A stretch of 64,000 bases of DNA from Octopus sinensis (GCF_006345805.1 NC_043024.1:9486001-9550000), one strand, 5' to 3'; counted from the stretch's first letter, positions 12,220 through 25,271 are shown. The notes: generated by a model from the letters alone, not told the origin. A program made the numbers and translations.

Positions 12220-12758
12220 CTGGACAAAGAAAGGTACAAGAGGAAAAAAACAAAACATTAATAAAAAAAAAAATTATAATTATTAACTCTCTTTTACTTG
12301 TTTCAGTCATTTGACTGCGGCCATGCTGGAGCACCGCCTTTAATCGAGCAACTCGACCCCGCCGGGACTTATTCTTTTTTGTAAGCCCAGTACTTATTCT
12401 ATCGGTCTCTTTTGCCGAACCGCTATGTGACGGGGACATAAACACACCAGCATCGGTTGCCAAGCAATGCTAGGGGGACAAACACAGACACACAAACACA
12501 CACACATTTATATATATTTAATCTGTTAAGTGTAATACTTTTTTCACTCAAATTCTTTTGGAGTGTCTGTGTGGTAAGTAGCTGCTTACCAACCACATGG
12601 TTCCAGGTTCAGTCCCACTGCGTGGCACCTTGGGCAATGTCTTCTACTATAGCCTCGGCCGCCAAAGCCTTGTGAGTTGATTTGGTAGACGGAAACTTGA
12701 AGGAAGCCTGTCGTATATATTATATATATGTTGGGTATTATATATATAAATATATATA

Positions 12759-13135
12759 GGCGGAGGAATGGCTTGTGGTAATAGCTTGCTTACCAACCAC
12801 ATGGTTCCGGTTTCAGTCCCACTGCATGGCACCTTGGGCAAGCGTCTTCTACTATAGCCTCGGGCCGACCAAAGCCTTGTGAGTAGATTTCGTAGACGGA
12901 AACTGAAAGAAGCCCGTCGTATATATGTATATGTGTGTGTGTTTGTGTGTCCCCCCAACATTGCTTGACAACCGATGCTGGTGTGTTCACGTCCCCGTAA
13001 CTTAGCGGTTCGGCAAAAAGAAACCAATAGAATAAGTAATAGGCTTACAAAGAATAAGTCCTGGGGTCGATTTACTCGACTAAAGGCGGTGCTCCAGCAT
13101 GGCCGCAGTCAAATGACTGAAACAAGTAAAAGAGA
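12759..13135 (+). mobile_element. Representative full-length copy of the dominant tRNA-derived (CORE-like) SINE; roughly 25-30 full or partial copies in the window
   Basis: Head ggcgcaggagtggctgtgtggtaag..ggttcagtccc, then ccttgggcaagtg, an internal (TA)n(TG)n tract, and a (TAAAAGAG)n tail. Other copies include about 4495-4890, 5470-5870, 13435-14178, 24335-24885, 30880-31260, 40415-40825, 42840-43315, 45085-45510, 49655-50075, 50335-50750, 51709-52113, 54790-55185, 56590-57010 and 62325-62790. Confidence 0.85.
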
Positions 13136-13655
13136 GATAAGGAACACGGCAACCATAAAACCTATTTCCCTCTCTCAGGAATGTCTATAATTACTTAATT
13201 GTTCTTCATCCACTTGATTCTTCTGGAATATTTTACACACCAAACATAGCGCTGGCATGTCTTTTAATACAATGCTTTATTGTTTCACTAATTTTACCAT
13301 TTTCGTTTGGATAATTGTCAAAGAAATAATAAAATAATAAACAGCATAGAAAATAAATAAATAAAATATGGCCTGACTGGAATATTTCAATTTGGGATTT
13401 GTTTTTTTAGACTGAATACATCCATTGTGTTGGGTTACTCTTTTGCTCTTTTACTTGTTTCAGTCATTTGACTGCGGCCATGCTGGAGCACCGCCTTTAG
13501 TCGAGCAACTCGACCCCCCGGGACTTAATTCTTTTGTAAGCCCAGTACTTATTCTATCGGTCTCTTTTGCCGAACCGCTAAGTGACGGGGACGTAAACAC
13601 ACCAGCATCGGTTGTCAAGCAATGCTAGGGGGACAAACACAGACACAGACATACA

Positions 13656-13687
<32 letters not shown>

Positions 13688-15359
13688 CATATATACGACG
13701 GGCTTCTTTCAGTTTCCGTCTACCAAATCCACTCACAAGGCTTTGGTCGGCCCGAGACTATAGTAGAAGACACTTGCCCAAGGTGCCACGCAGTGGGACT
13801 GAACCCGGAACCATGTGGAGCACCGCCTTTAGTCGAGGAAATCGACCCCCAGGACTTATTCTTTGTAAGCCTAGTACTTATCTTATCAGTCTCTTTTGCT
13901 GAACCGCTAAGTTACGGGGATGTAAACACACCAACATCGGTTGTCAAGCAATGCCAGGGGGACAATAACACACACACAGACACACAAACATACACACACA
14001 TATATATATACATATATACGACGGGCTTCTTTCAGTTTCCGTCTCCAAATCCACTCACAAGGCTTTGGTCGGCCTGAGGCTATAGTAGAAGCCACTTGCC
14101 CAAGGTGCCACGCAGTGGGACTGAACCTGGAACCATGTGATTGGTAAGCAAACTACTTACCACACAGCCACTCCTGCGGGTTCTGTCAGTTTTGGAAAGT
14201 TCTACTTTTCTGTGATTCTAAAGACTTTATGAATACACGTAAATGTTTAAATCGGTAAATGAAGAGCTATAAATCCTTCGTAGCACTCCATCGGTTACCA
14301 CGACGAGGGTTTCAATTGATCCGATCAACGGAACAGCCTGTTTGTGAAATTAACGTCCAAGTGGCTGAGCACTCCACAGACATGTGTACCCGTAACATTA
14401 GGCACATGGCCTAGTGGTTAGAGCAGTGGACTCAGAGTCGAGAGATCGCAGGTTCAAATCTCAGACCAGGCGATGTGTGTGTTTATGAGCAAAGCACCTA
14501 AGCTCCACGTGGCTCCCGCAGAAAGTAATGACGAACTTCTGTTTCTCGCCGAGTGTTTTCATCAGGTGTCTTGGGGTAATTTCGAACCTGGGTTCTCATT
14601 CCTAATGTATGTTTTGATATTATTATTATTATTCTATGTTTGACTTTTGCTTTACATTTGCAGAAGCTGGCTCCAAGTCTCACCCAGAGACCTCAAGAGA
14701 CAACAGGTTCGAAGTTCATGTTGTTTTATGCCTAGTGTGCCATATATTTGGGGTTTTTTTTTAGTGTTGTACTAGTGAATGTCTAAAAAAAAAAATATGA
14801 AAATGATGTTTGTTTTAAAACTTGAGATTACATAGAAAGTATTTTGCGTAGGATATGAGCAGTTCCCATGAGCACTATCTTTTGAAATTCTGCCATTATT
14901 ATTATTATTATTTCCTTCTTTCTGCAAATTTTCTTCTGTTTCTCACCGAGTGTTTTCATCAGGTGTCTTGGGGGTAAATTCAAACCTGGGTTCTCATTCC
15001 CAATGTATTTTTTGATATTATTATTATTATTATATTATTATTATTATTATTAGGGCATCCAGCCGTAGAAACATTGCCAGATCAGACTGGGCCTGGTGCA
15101 GCCTTCTGGCTTCACAGACCCCAGTTGAACCGTCCAACCCATGCTAGCATGGAAAGCGGACACTAAACAATGATGATTATTATTATTAGTAGTAGTAGTA
15201 GTATTCAGGTTACTGCCTGGAATCGAACTCGGAATCTTGGGGTTAGTAGCCCACGCACTTAACCACTATGCCATATGCCCGTGGGCAACAAACAAGATGA
15301 GAACAAATATCCGTCAAATGTAAATAATGTAAATAGTGTAAAAGAAAGATATTTCATAC

Positions 15360-15478
15360 TTAGGCTCATGTTTAACTGTTCACAGTTTTCATCCAGTGAA
15401 AAACGGCATTTCTGTATCTGACCAGGCTGCTCCACCTTATAGTTAGAATCATTGGCTTGGGGGGCGCCGACCAAAAAT
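15360..15478 (-). CDS. Integrin alpha subunit, internal exon (blade 1, LVGAP motif)
   Basis: Acceptor tttttttttccag|, donor |gtatga, 119 bp, phase 2-1. Translates FLVGAPQANDSNYKVEQPGQIQKCRFSLDENCEQLNMSL; phase matches the exon at 12219. Confidence 0.9.
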
Positions 15479-15534
15479 CTGGAAAAAAAAATGGAAGAGA
15501 TTAGGGTTTATTGGTACAGAATAGAGTTTATTAA

Positions 15535-16143
15535 TCTCTATATATATAAAGCTGTGAGTCAAAACTATTGAAAAGGTTGCAAAGACGCAACGAAAATTTT
15601 AGGAAAATAAAAATAAGAAATAAGTGGAAATTTTGCCGGTGAGTGTGTTAAAATAATAAGGCACAAAAAGAAAATGACTCTCCCCAGACACAACAGAATA
15701 TGCTTCAACACACGAACTCATATAAAGGATCTTGCAAACCAAATCCAAAAACGAAATATAAAGCTGAAGTTGTCTGTGTATGGCAGGTTTGGTAGCCTTC
15801 AACTAATACTATCTCCTCCGAGACCCTGCGGCACAAGTTCACCAAAATCGAGAGTATGATAGAAGAAGGCTTGCTCTTTCTTCCGTAGAAGATAAAATTC
15901 AAATTGGACCATGTTAACACCAAAAATTATTTACATCAAAAAGGTGCTTTTTTTTTCTATGAAAATCCCTATTTTTTAACGATTTCTTTTGACTGCTGTG
16001 TTGCCATTTTTCGGTATATTTCGACCAGAAAAATGTTCACTTAAAGAGAATAACAAGCTAAATAATGCAAAATTTTTACTTTTCAAAAATTCCAATTCTA
16101 AAGGGTTGAAACAAACCTGAGCAATACCAGGCGATACTGCTAG
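15535..16143 (+). mobile_element. Non-autonomous Helitron-type element
   Basis: A|TCTCTATATATATAAAG 5' end; cctg..cagg hairpin; CTAG|T at 16140-16144. Confidence 0.75.
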
Positions 16144-16309
16144 TAAAGGATAATGTTTACTTTAGATCAAGTTTACACACACACACACGCACACACACGT
16201 GTGTTCTCTTCTGGTTTTAATAACTTGAATCCTTTCTGTAAAAAAGGAGCGGGTTTCTAACAAAGACAAGGTCACATTACAAACTTATGAAAAGTCTTGC
16301 ATATTTAAA

Positions 16310-16820
16310 CTGTTCAACCAAGAGAATACCCTCCATCAGGCATTTGCCATATTCTGAACGCCTTACTTCTCTGGGCATGGACACATTGAAACTCTGACGT
16401 CTGGCAGCTGACTTGGCAGACACCCATAAAATTATTAACAATAATTACAAACAATAACTCTGAGCACCTTTTCAAACTCCACCTGTCAAACACCCGTGGA
16501 CATATTTACAAAGTCAGAAAACAGCTCAGCTCCCATGACTGTTGGAAACATTTTTTCACGCTGAGAGTTGCTGAAGTATGGAACAAACTGCCGGCATCAG
16601 TTGTTAGTTGTTGGAGCACTGCATCCTTCAAAACTTCCAGGCTTCCTGAGATTCACCAACACTACACCTGATTTTCTCCCCTCCATACACACGCAAGCAT
16701 GTATCTGACTCATACACTGTTCCCTTCCCAGACATTTGTACATTACTGCATATGCTTTATACGCACTTTCTGACAAGTTGTGGTGCACCTGAGCACTGTA
16801 TACAATAATTTCATTATTAT
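16310..16820 (+). mobile_element. Decayed CR1/L2-type LINE 3' fragment
   Basis: Translates RGHIYKVRKQLSSHDCWKHFFTLRVAEVWNKLP; (ATT)n tail at about 16810. Confidence 0.8.
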
Positions 16821-18610
16821 TTACTTACAGAATTAGCTGGTTGATTTGTCTGAAAATTCTTTTCCAGATTGTCACTTAGGTATTTAGTGACAAGTTATTA
16901 TAGCAGTTAATCCTCAACCTGGGAAGATATCAGACAACTTGTCCACATCAACACCCAAAGTTTCCCCAAAAATGTCATCACCCTTCTGGACCCTTAGTCC
17001 TCTATATATATCTAAATGTGGGACTCTTGTTAACTGCTTTTCCTGACTAGTAGAGGGTGGTCATCATCTAACAGCAATCCTGATATCTGGTATCCAGTGT
17101 TGGTTTTTTCTTGACCAAAGACAACAGTTCCATCAAAGAGATAAACTGCAAAAAGATATACTTTACTAACGGAAACCTCACCGTCTTGGAATGTCTGCAG
17201 GTAGAACAACCTCAGTATAATATATCTATAAGTCATCAGCTATGGTATGCTGATTCCCACCTTGCAGAAGGTGTTGGAAGCATCTGTTTGCTATAATATT
17301 TTTGGGATAGTCGATATTTTCAAATTCTTCAGAATTCTTTAGGTTACAAATTTAAGACTGTTTTGATTAGTTAACACAAGACTTTTAAATTCCTGTCTCC
17401 TCACTTCCTCTGCCTATGTATCTTTTACACTGGAATCAAGAACCATTTAATGGAAACAAGGTTTGTTTTAAACAGAAAATATCCCACAGCAGTTAAAAAC
17501 ACCTGACCAAAAATTGAAACACACCTTTAATTAGCAATTAAAATATTTCAGGATATCAATTTTACTTCTGACACCTTTCTACAGAATAATAACAACAGTT
17601 CGTTAACCATTTTGTACAGTAGTAACAAATGTTAAACATTCTTCACATCAATAACAACCAATTATTAACCCTTTTGAGACACATGGTGTTTTGGTATGTG
17701 TAGCCAAAAAGACCAAATTTTTTTTTTTGAAGACTTGTTGAAGCAAGTGAAATCGAAATCAAATTCGATGACTGGCATCCATGCTAGTGGAGCACTAAGA
17801 GTACCATATGAGTGAGATTGTTGCCAGAGCAACAAGCTGGCCTCCAAGAAGGCAATTGCCCAAGGTGTCACGCAGTGGGACTGAACCTGGAACCATGTGG
17901 TTGGTAAGCAAGCTGCTTACCACACAGCCAGTTCTGCAACTATAATATATATGATTAATTCAAAACAAGCCTTCTATTTGACAGAGTAATCTTGAATGCT
18001 AAAGGGTTGAATAATGTATGTAGATGATGATATATATATATATATATGTATAAGTTAATCCAAACAAGAAAGCACAAAAAAAACACAACGCGAGGACGTG
18101 GAACAAATATAGTATTATTGGACTCTCAGGAAAGAAGGAAAGAAGGAGGATTTAACATTTCGAGCGGAGCTCTTCGTCGGAAACATAGGAGAAGGGAAGA
18201 CAGAGGAAAAAAAAAACGCCAACGGTACACACGAGGTCACATTTTGAAATATATATATATAATTATTATTATTTGAGGGAATATAAATCCAAACTTACAG
18301 GGAAAAAAATTCAATTTAGAAAAACTAAATCAAATTTCACACAATATAATATATATATATATATATAAAATTAGAAAAAAAACACCTTTTATCAATTCAA
18401 AATGAACAATTAAATTACACCATCCAGAAAATTACATATAATAGAAATATTAAAATTAAAATAACAAAATACCAATGATTAAGTAAATTGCAAAAAAAAT
18501 AATAAAAACGTATATAATTGGTATATTAATATTTCTATTATATCTACAGTAGATGGTGTAATTTAATTGTTCATTTTGAATTGATAAAAGGTGTTTTTTT
18601 TTCTAATTTT

Positions 18611-18653
<43 letters not shown>

Positions 18654-18657
18654 TTTG

Positions 18658-18903
18658 CGCCCTTTTAAAGCCTAGCCAGGCTCATGGGCCCGGTTTCCCA
18701 GTTTCTATGGCGTATGTATTCCCCAGCTGGACGGGACGCCAGTCCATTGCAGCGTTTCTCATTTTTGCCAACTGAGTGGACTGGAACAACGTGAAATGAA
18801 GTGTTTTGCTCAAGAACACAATGCATCACCTGGCCCAGGAATCGAAACCTCAATCTAACGATCATGATGCTGACACCCTAACCACTAAGCCACACGCCTC
18901 CAC
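18658..18903 (-). mobile_element. tRNA-derived SINE with V-like domain
   Basis: Head gtggaggcgtgtggcttagtggttaggg..; gcaatggactggcgtcccgtccag..gaaactgggaaaccggg resembles the V-SINE core. Confidence 0.7.
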
Positions 18904-18957
18904 ACACACACACACACATATATATATATAGTGTTAGGTAAAAATCTACATATATTC

Positions 18958-19650
18958 TGACGTATATTTGCCATTTAAATATGGCTAACACCTAAGGGTG
19001 GATGATACTGTAGTTTGTAGCCCCAGGAGGATACCTCCTCCAGCTGGCTATAGACCCGTCAATACCCAGAAACTCGAGTCCGTGTGTATCATAAGTTGAA
19101 GACGGGAAGGATGGCTTCCCTTTGCAAATACTGATAGGGCACAGAAAGTGTGTCTATAGGCAGCTGGAGGAGGTGTCCTCCTGGGGCTACAAACTACAGT
19201 AGCATCCACCCTTAGGGGTTAGCCATATTTAAATGGCAAATATACGTCACAATGTGTTGCAGCTACTGTTTATAACTCGCTCTGAGATTTATTATTGCTT
19301 GTTTACACTTTTTCCATATCAGTGTCTATCGATACTGGAAAGAAGGTTTAAGTATTTGCGAAGGGAACCTACTTCTCATCGACAACTGTGATTGTCACAC
19401 GCCAATGACGGGTCAATACCTAGAAACTCGAGTCCGTGTGTATCATAGGTTGAAGATGGGAAGGATGGCTTCCCTTTGCAAATACTGATAGGGCACAGAA
19501 AGTGTGTCTATAACCAGCTGGAGTAGGTGTCCTCCTGGGGCTACAAACTACAGTAGCATCCACCCTTAGGGGTTAGCCATATTTAAATGGCAAATATACG
19601 TCACGATGTGTTGCAGCTATTGTTTATAACTCGCTCTGAGATTTATTATT
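18958..19650 (+). mobile_element. Penelope-like pLTR remnant: inverted plus direct repeats with a degenerate hammerhead
   Basis: 98-bp inverted arms at 18958-19055 and 19152-19249; direct repeat with period about 354 (19058 vs 19412); hammerhead-like motif at 19396-19440. Confidence 0.65.
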
Positions 19651-19729
19651 ACATATACTCTGTTGTACTAAATATAACCCAGAAACAAAGCATGTATTAA
19701 CACACCATTAATTTGCATGGAAATGACTT

Positions 19730-19769
<40 letters not shown>

Positions 19770-19847
19770 GTGTGCCTTCATTTTATTTCTTCATGTGAAT
19801 ATGTAACAAAATTACATGACAAGATAACAGATGATCAAGGTGGGGGG

Positions 19848-20325
19848 GAGTAGGAGACAGATAGCTGGGGGGGGGAGACGGATAGCCGGGGGGGGGAGAC
19901 AGATAGCCAGGGGGAGAGGAGGAGACGGATAGCCAGTGGGGAGGAGACAGATAGTCGGGGAGGAGGAGGAGACAGATAGCCAGGGAGGGGAGGAGGAGAC
20001 AGATAGCCGGGGGGGAGGAGGAGACAGATAGCCAGGGAGGGCGGAGGAGACAGATAGCCAGGGGGGGAGGAGGAGACAGATAGCCAGGGGGGGAGGAGGA
20101 GACAGATAGCCAGGGAGGGGAGGAGGAGGAGGAGACAGATAGCCGGGGGGGGGAGAGAGACAGATAGCCAGGGGGGGAGGAGGAGACAGATAGCCAGGGG
20201 GGGAGGAGGAGACGGATAGCCAGGGGGGGAGGAGGAGACAGATAGCCGGGGGGGAGGAGGAGCCGGATAGCCGGGGTGGGGGAAGACAGATAGCTGGGGG
20301 GAGGGGACACAGATAGCCAGGGCGG
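19848..20325 (+). repeat. G-rich minisatellite (~26-30 bp; ggggggaggaggagacagatagcc)
   Basis: Roughly 16-18 visible units. Confidence 0.9.
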
Positions 20326-21268
20326 GTGGACATGGGTTTAGAGAATAAACAATGATAGTAGTTGGTGAGATGGTGGTGGTGGTGGGGGGGTGATAGGGGA
20401 GGGTGGATAAAAGCTAAATATAACAGAAAAGAGAACAGTCTTTTATTAGTTAAATAGACAGAGAAAGAGAGAGAGAGGGGGATGAGAAAGAGAGAGAGAG
20501 AGAGAAAGAAGGAATTGTAAGGAAGGTCAGACCAGAGTAACACACGTAGGTACACACACACAAACACACACACACACACATACATACACACACACACACA
20601 GCGTTCTTGTGAAGGTTGAATACTGAAAACCAGTGTAGAAGTTTCTTGACATAGACACACACACATGTGTGTGTGTGTGCATGCGTGTATGTGTGCACGT
20701 ATGTGTGTGCATGTGTGTGTATGTGTGTGTTTGTGTGTGTGTATGTGTGTGTGTGTGCGTGTATGTGTGTGTGCATGTATGTGTGTGTGCGTACATGTGT
20801 GTGTGCGTACATGTATGTGTGCGTGTGTGTATGTGTGTGTGCGTGTATGTGTGTGTGTGTAATGTGTGCGTGTGTTTGTGTATGTGTGCGCGTGTATGTG
20901 TGTGTGCGCGTGTATGTGTGTGCGTGTGTGTATGTGTGCATGCATGTATGTGTGTTTGTGTGAAAACACACACACACACATACTAATCAAAGTTGAAACT
21001 TCACAAACCCCACCCAGAGTAATAGGAGCAGGCCATGGTCATGTGGTAAGATATATGCTTCCCAACAACATTGTTCTGGGTTCAATCCCATTGGTTGGTA
21101 CCCGTTACACTCTCGGGGTGGTTGGCATTAGGAAGGGCATCCAGCCGTAGAAACCATGCCAGATCGGACAAGGATTTAGTGCGGCCCCTCAGCTTACCAG
21201 CCCTCATCAAAATGCCCAACCCATGCCAGCATGGACAACAGACGCTAAATGATGATGATGAGATAAAT

Positions 21269-21652
21269 GGAAGCACTCCGTCGGTTATGACGAAGAGGGT
21301 TCCGGTTGATCCGAATCAACGGAACAGCCTGCTCGTGAAATTAACGTGTAAGTGGCTGAGCACTCCACAGACACGTGTACCCATAACGTAGTTCTCGGGA
21401 ATATTCAGCGTGACACAGAGAGTGACAAGGCCGGCCCCTTGAAATACAGGTACAACAGAAACAGGAAGTAAGAGTGAGAGAAACTTGTGGTGAAAGAGTA
21501 CAGCAGGGATCACCACCATCCCCTGCCGGAGCCTCGTGGAGCTTTAGGTGTTTTCGCTCAATAAACACACACAACGCCCGGTCTGGGAATCGAAACCGCG
21601 ATCCTCCGACCACGAGTCCGCTGTCCTAACCACTGGGCCATTGCGCCTCCAC
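21269..21652 (-). mobile_element. Full-length tRNA-derived SINE with 11-bp TSD
   Basis: Same family as 63524-63915; TSD atgagataaat at 21258-21268 and 21653-21663. Confidence 0.85.
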
Positions 21653-22020
21653 ATGAGATAAATAAACACACACTCACACACATATGTGTACAGAAGGGAG
21701 AATTCACGAAAAAAGCAAACAACAAAGACAGGTGGTGTAGAGAACAAACAGATGTATTAGTTTAACGCTCGGGAAGTGAAAAAGTCTTTTATGTTTTGAG
21801 CCTACGCTCGTCCTCAGGAAGGAACACAAAAAAACAAGGAGAGAAACAAAATGTGTGTAGTGGCTACCGATTTATCATGGCGACTACCGGACAGACGGGT
21901 CAGACATGTATGTGTGTGTGTGTGTATATATGTATAGGCACAGTTGTGGCTGTTGAGGAGCTTGCTTTCCAGCAACATGGTTCTGGGTTCAGTCCCTATG
22001 CATGGCACTTTGGGCACGTG

Positions 22021-22058
<38 letters not shown>

Positions 22059-22068
22059 AATTGTTTCA

Positions 22069-22650
22069 GGCGGCGAGTTGGCAGAAACGTTAGCACGCTG
22101 GGCGAAATGCTTAACGGTATTTCGTCTGTCACTACGTTCTGAGTTCAATTTCCACTGAGGTCGACTTCGCCTTTCATCCTTTTGGGGTCGATAAATTGAG
22201 TACCAGTTACGCACTGGGGTCGATAATCGACTTAATCCGTTTGTGTGTTCTTGTTTGTCCTCTCTGTGTGTAGCCTCTTGTGGGTAGTAAAGAAATAGGT
22301 ATTTCGTCTGTCGCTATGTTCTGAGTTCAATTTCCGCCGAGGTCAACTTTGCCTTTCATCCTTTCGGGGTTGATAAATTAAGTACCAGTTACGCACTGGG
22401 GTCGATGTAATCGACTTAATCCATTTGTGTGTCCTTGCTTGTCCCCTCTGTGTTTAGCCCCTTGTGGGTAGTAAAGAACGTCTGTCTTTACGTTCTGAGT
22501 TCAAATTCCTCGGGGTAGACTTTGCCTTTCATCCTTTTGGGGTTGATAAATTAAGTACCAGTTACGTACTGGGGGTCGATCTAATCGACTGCCCCCCCCC
22601 CTCCAAAATTTCAGGCCTTATGGCTAGAGTAGAAAATAATTGTTTCGACA
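22069..22650 (+). mobile_element. SINE with Meta-like domain and ~160-bp internal tandem units
   Basis: gcctttcatcctttcggggtcgataaattaagtaccag repeated three times. Other copies at 27657-28077 (-), 45846-46345 (+) and 55609-56203 (-). Confidence 0.7.
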
Positions 22651-23149
22651 TGTGTCATGGTACTAAACAAGCGGAAATGTTTTTTTCCCAGTCTTCTGTG
22701 GAAAACATGTCCGGCCGTGGGAAAATATTTCCTAGATCAGACACAGCTGGAGGTTGGCAATAATAGGGATATCCGGCCATAGGAAAAACTCCATCTGACC
22801 CATGCACACATGGAGAAGTGAACAGTAACTGATGATGATAATGATGATGATGATGTGCATGTAAGCACTTGTGTTCCTCCGCCCTGTCATCACACAAGAG
22901 CCACAGGACAAGTGGTGTCAAGTGACACTGTTTGTTCATTTCCAATGCTTCAAGTAAACATGTCCGGGCCAAAGAGAAAGATGATCCTCATTGAAAACAA
23001 ACGGAGGTGGGTGACAGGAAAGGCATCTGGCTGTAGGAAAGAAATATGCTTCAAGAAATTCTATCTGACACACACAAGAGCATCGAAAAGTACATGGTAA
23101 AATAATGAGGATGATTCATCATTATCATCATCATTTAGCGTCCGCTCTC

Positions 23150-23284
23150 CATGCTAGCATATATATACATATACATATATATACATATACATACATATAC
23201 ATATACATATATATATACATATACATACATATACATATATATATACATATACATACATATACATATATATATACATATACATGC

Positions 23285-23335
<51 letters not shown>

Positions 23336-23356
23336 ATATATACATATATATATATA

Positions 23357-23387
<31 letters not shown>

Positions 23388-23390
23388 CAT

Positions 23391-23430
<40 letters not shown>

Positions 23431-23830
23431 CATATACATATATATATACATATATATATATAACATATACATACATATATACATATATATATATATACAT
23501 ATACATACATATACATATATATACGTACATATATACACATACATATATACATATATATACATATACATACATATATACATATATATACATATACATACAT
23601 ATACACATATATATACATATACATATATATACATATACACATACATAGATATACATATACACATACATATATATACATACATATACATATATACATATAT
23701 ATACATATATATATGTATATATACATATATACATATACTACATGGCCTTGCTTTTTGCTTTTTGATCCAAAAAATTAACTTAACTAACATATACACATAC
23801 ATATATATATACATATATACATATACATAT
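23150..23830. repeat. (AT)n/(ATAC)n microsatellite expanded inside a retroposon tail
   Basis: Directly visible; bounded by ccatgctagcat on both sides. Confidence 0.9.
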
Positions 23831-24497
23831 ATATTCATAATCCATGCTAGCATGGAAAACGGATGCTAAACGATGATGATGATGATATATATATATATAT
23901 ATATTTAAAATTGAATAAGGGTAGTAATTGATGTTAATAAATTAAAACCAGTGGCCTAGCATATTTTTTTTAAAATCTGAAGATTAAAAATTTTTTTACA
24001 TACAAAATTTAGAGGAATGACCACTAATAGTGGACAGCCTGTGTGCTAGAAATAGACGTCAAACTTGCCATTTACCATGAAGAATGGGTTCTCAAGAAAA
24101 ATTCAGCAAAACACCAAAGTGTAAAAATAAGTAAGACAAATGAAAATATATGAAATAATCGTTTTTTATTTCGTATATTTTCATTTGTATTGCTTATTTT
24201 TAATGCTTTGGTTTTCTTGCTTAGTTTTTTCTTGAGAAAACATTCTTTGTGGTAAATGGTGAGTTTGACGTCTATTTCTAGCATACAGGCTGTCCACTAT
24301 TAGTGGTCAGTCCTCTAAATTTTGTATATATATATATAGTGGCTGTGTGGTAAGTAGCTTGCTTACTAACCACATGGTTCCGGGTTCAGTCCCCTTGTGT
24401 GGCATCTTGGGCAAGTGTCTTCTGCTATAGCCTCGGGCCGATCAAAGCCTTGTGAGTGGATTTGGTAGACGGAAACTGAAAGAAGCCCGTCGTATAT

Positions 24498-24547
<50 letters not shown>

Positions 24548-25139
24548 GCGTGTGTGTGTTTGTGTGTCTGTGTTTGTCTCCCCCAACATTGCTTGACAAC
24601 CGATGCTGGTGTGTTTATGTTGCCGTCACTTAGCGGTTCGGCAAACGAGACCGATAGAATAAGTACTGGGCTTACAAAGAATAAGTCCCGGGGTACCCCC
24701 TAGCATTGCTTGACAACCGATGCTGGTGTGTTTACGTCCCCGTCACCTAGCGGTTCGGCAAAAGAGACCGATAGAATAAGTACTGGGCTTACAAAAGAAT
24801 AAGTCCCGGGGTCGAGTTGCTCGATTAAAGGCGGTACTCCAGCATGGCCGCAGTCAAATGACTGAAACAAGTAAAAGAGTAAAAGACATACATACATACA
24901 TACATACATTCATACATACATGTATACAATTATGTATGTTTAGTTAGCTTGGCCAGAGGAGCAGAGGAGACTGTGGAAGTTGTAATAGGAAACAGGCTGG
25001 CTGTGAGTGAGATGTGGTTACAGAGTAGAATGAGATGGGGGGGGGGGGGGGGAGAGTGTGAAGGGCATTAGCCTGAAACCCAAAACCAACCAACCAACCC
25101 AAACTGCACTATCTTTTATCTCAATTATATTACCATACA

Positions 25140-25173
25140 TATGTACATATATATATATATATATGTGTATATA

Positions 25174-25271
<98 letters not shown>

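Noticed and set aside
14400-14520. tRNA-like A/B boxes (also 6.2, 18.8, 21.6 and 63.5 kb)
   Set aside because: These are SINE heads continuing into SINE bodies; no complete cloverleaf.
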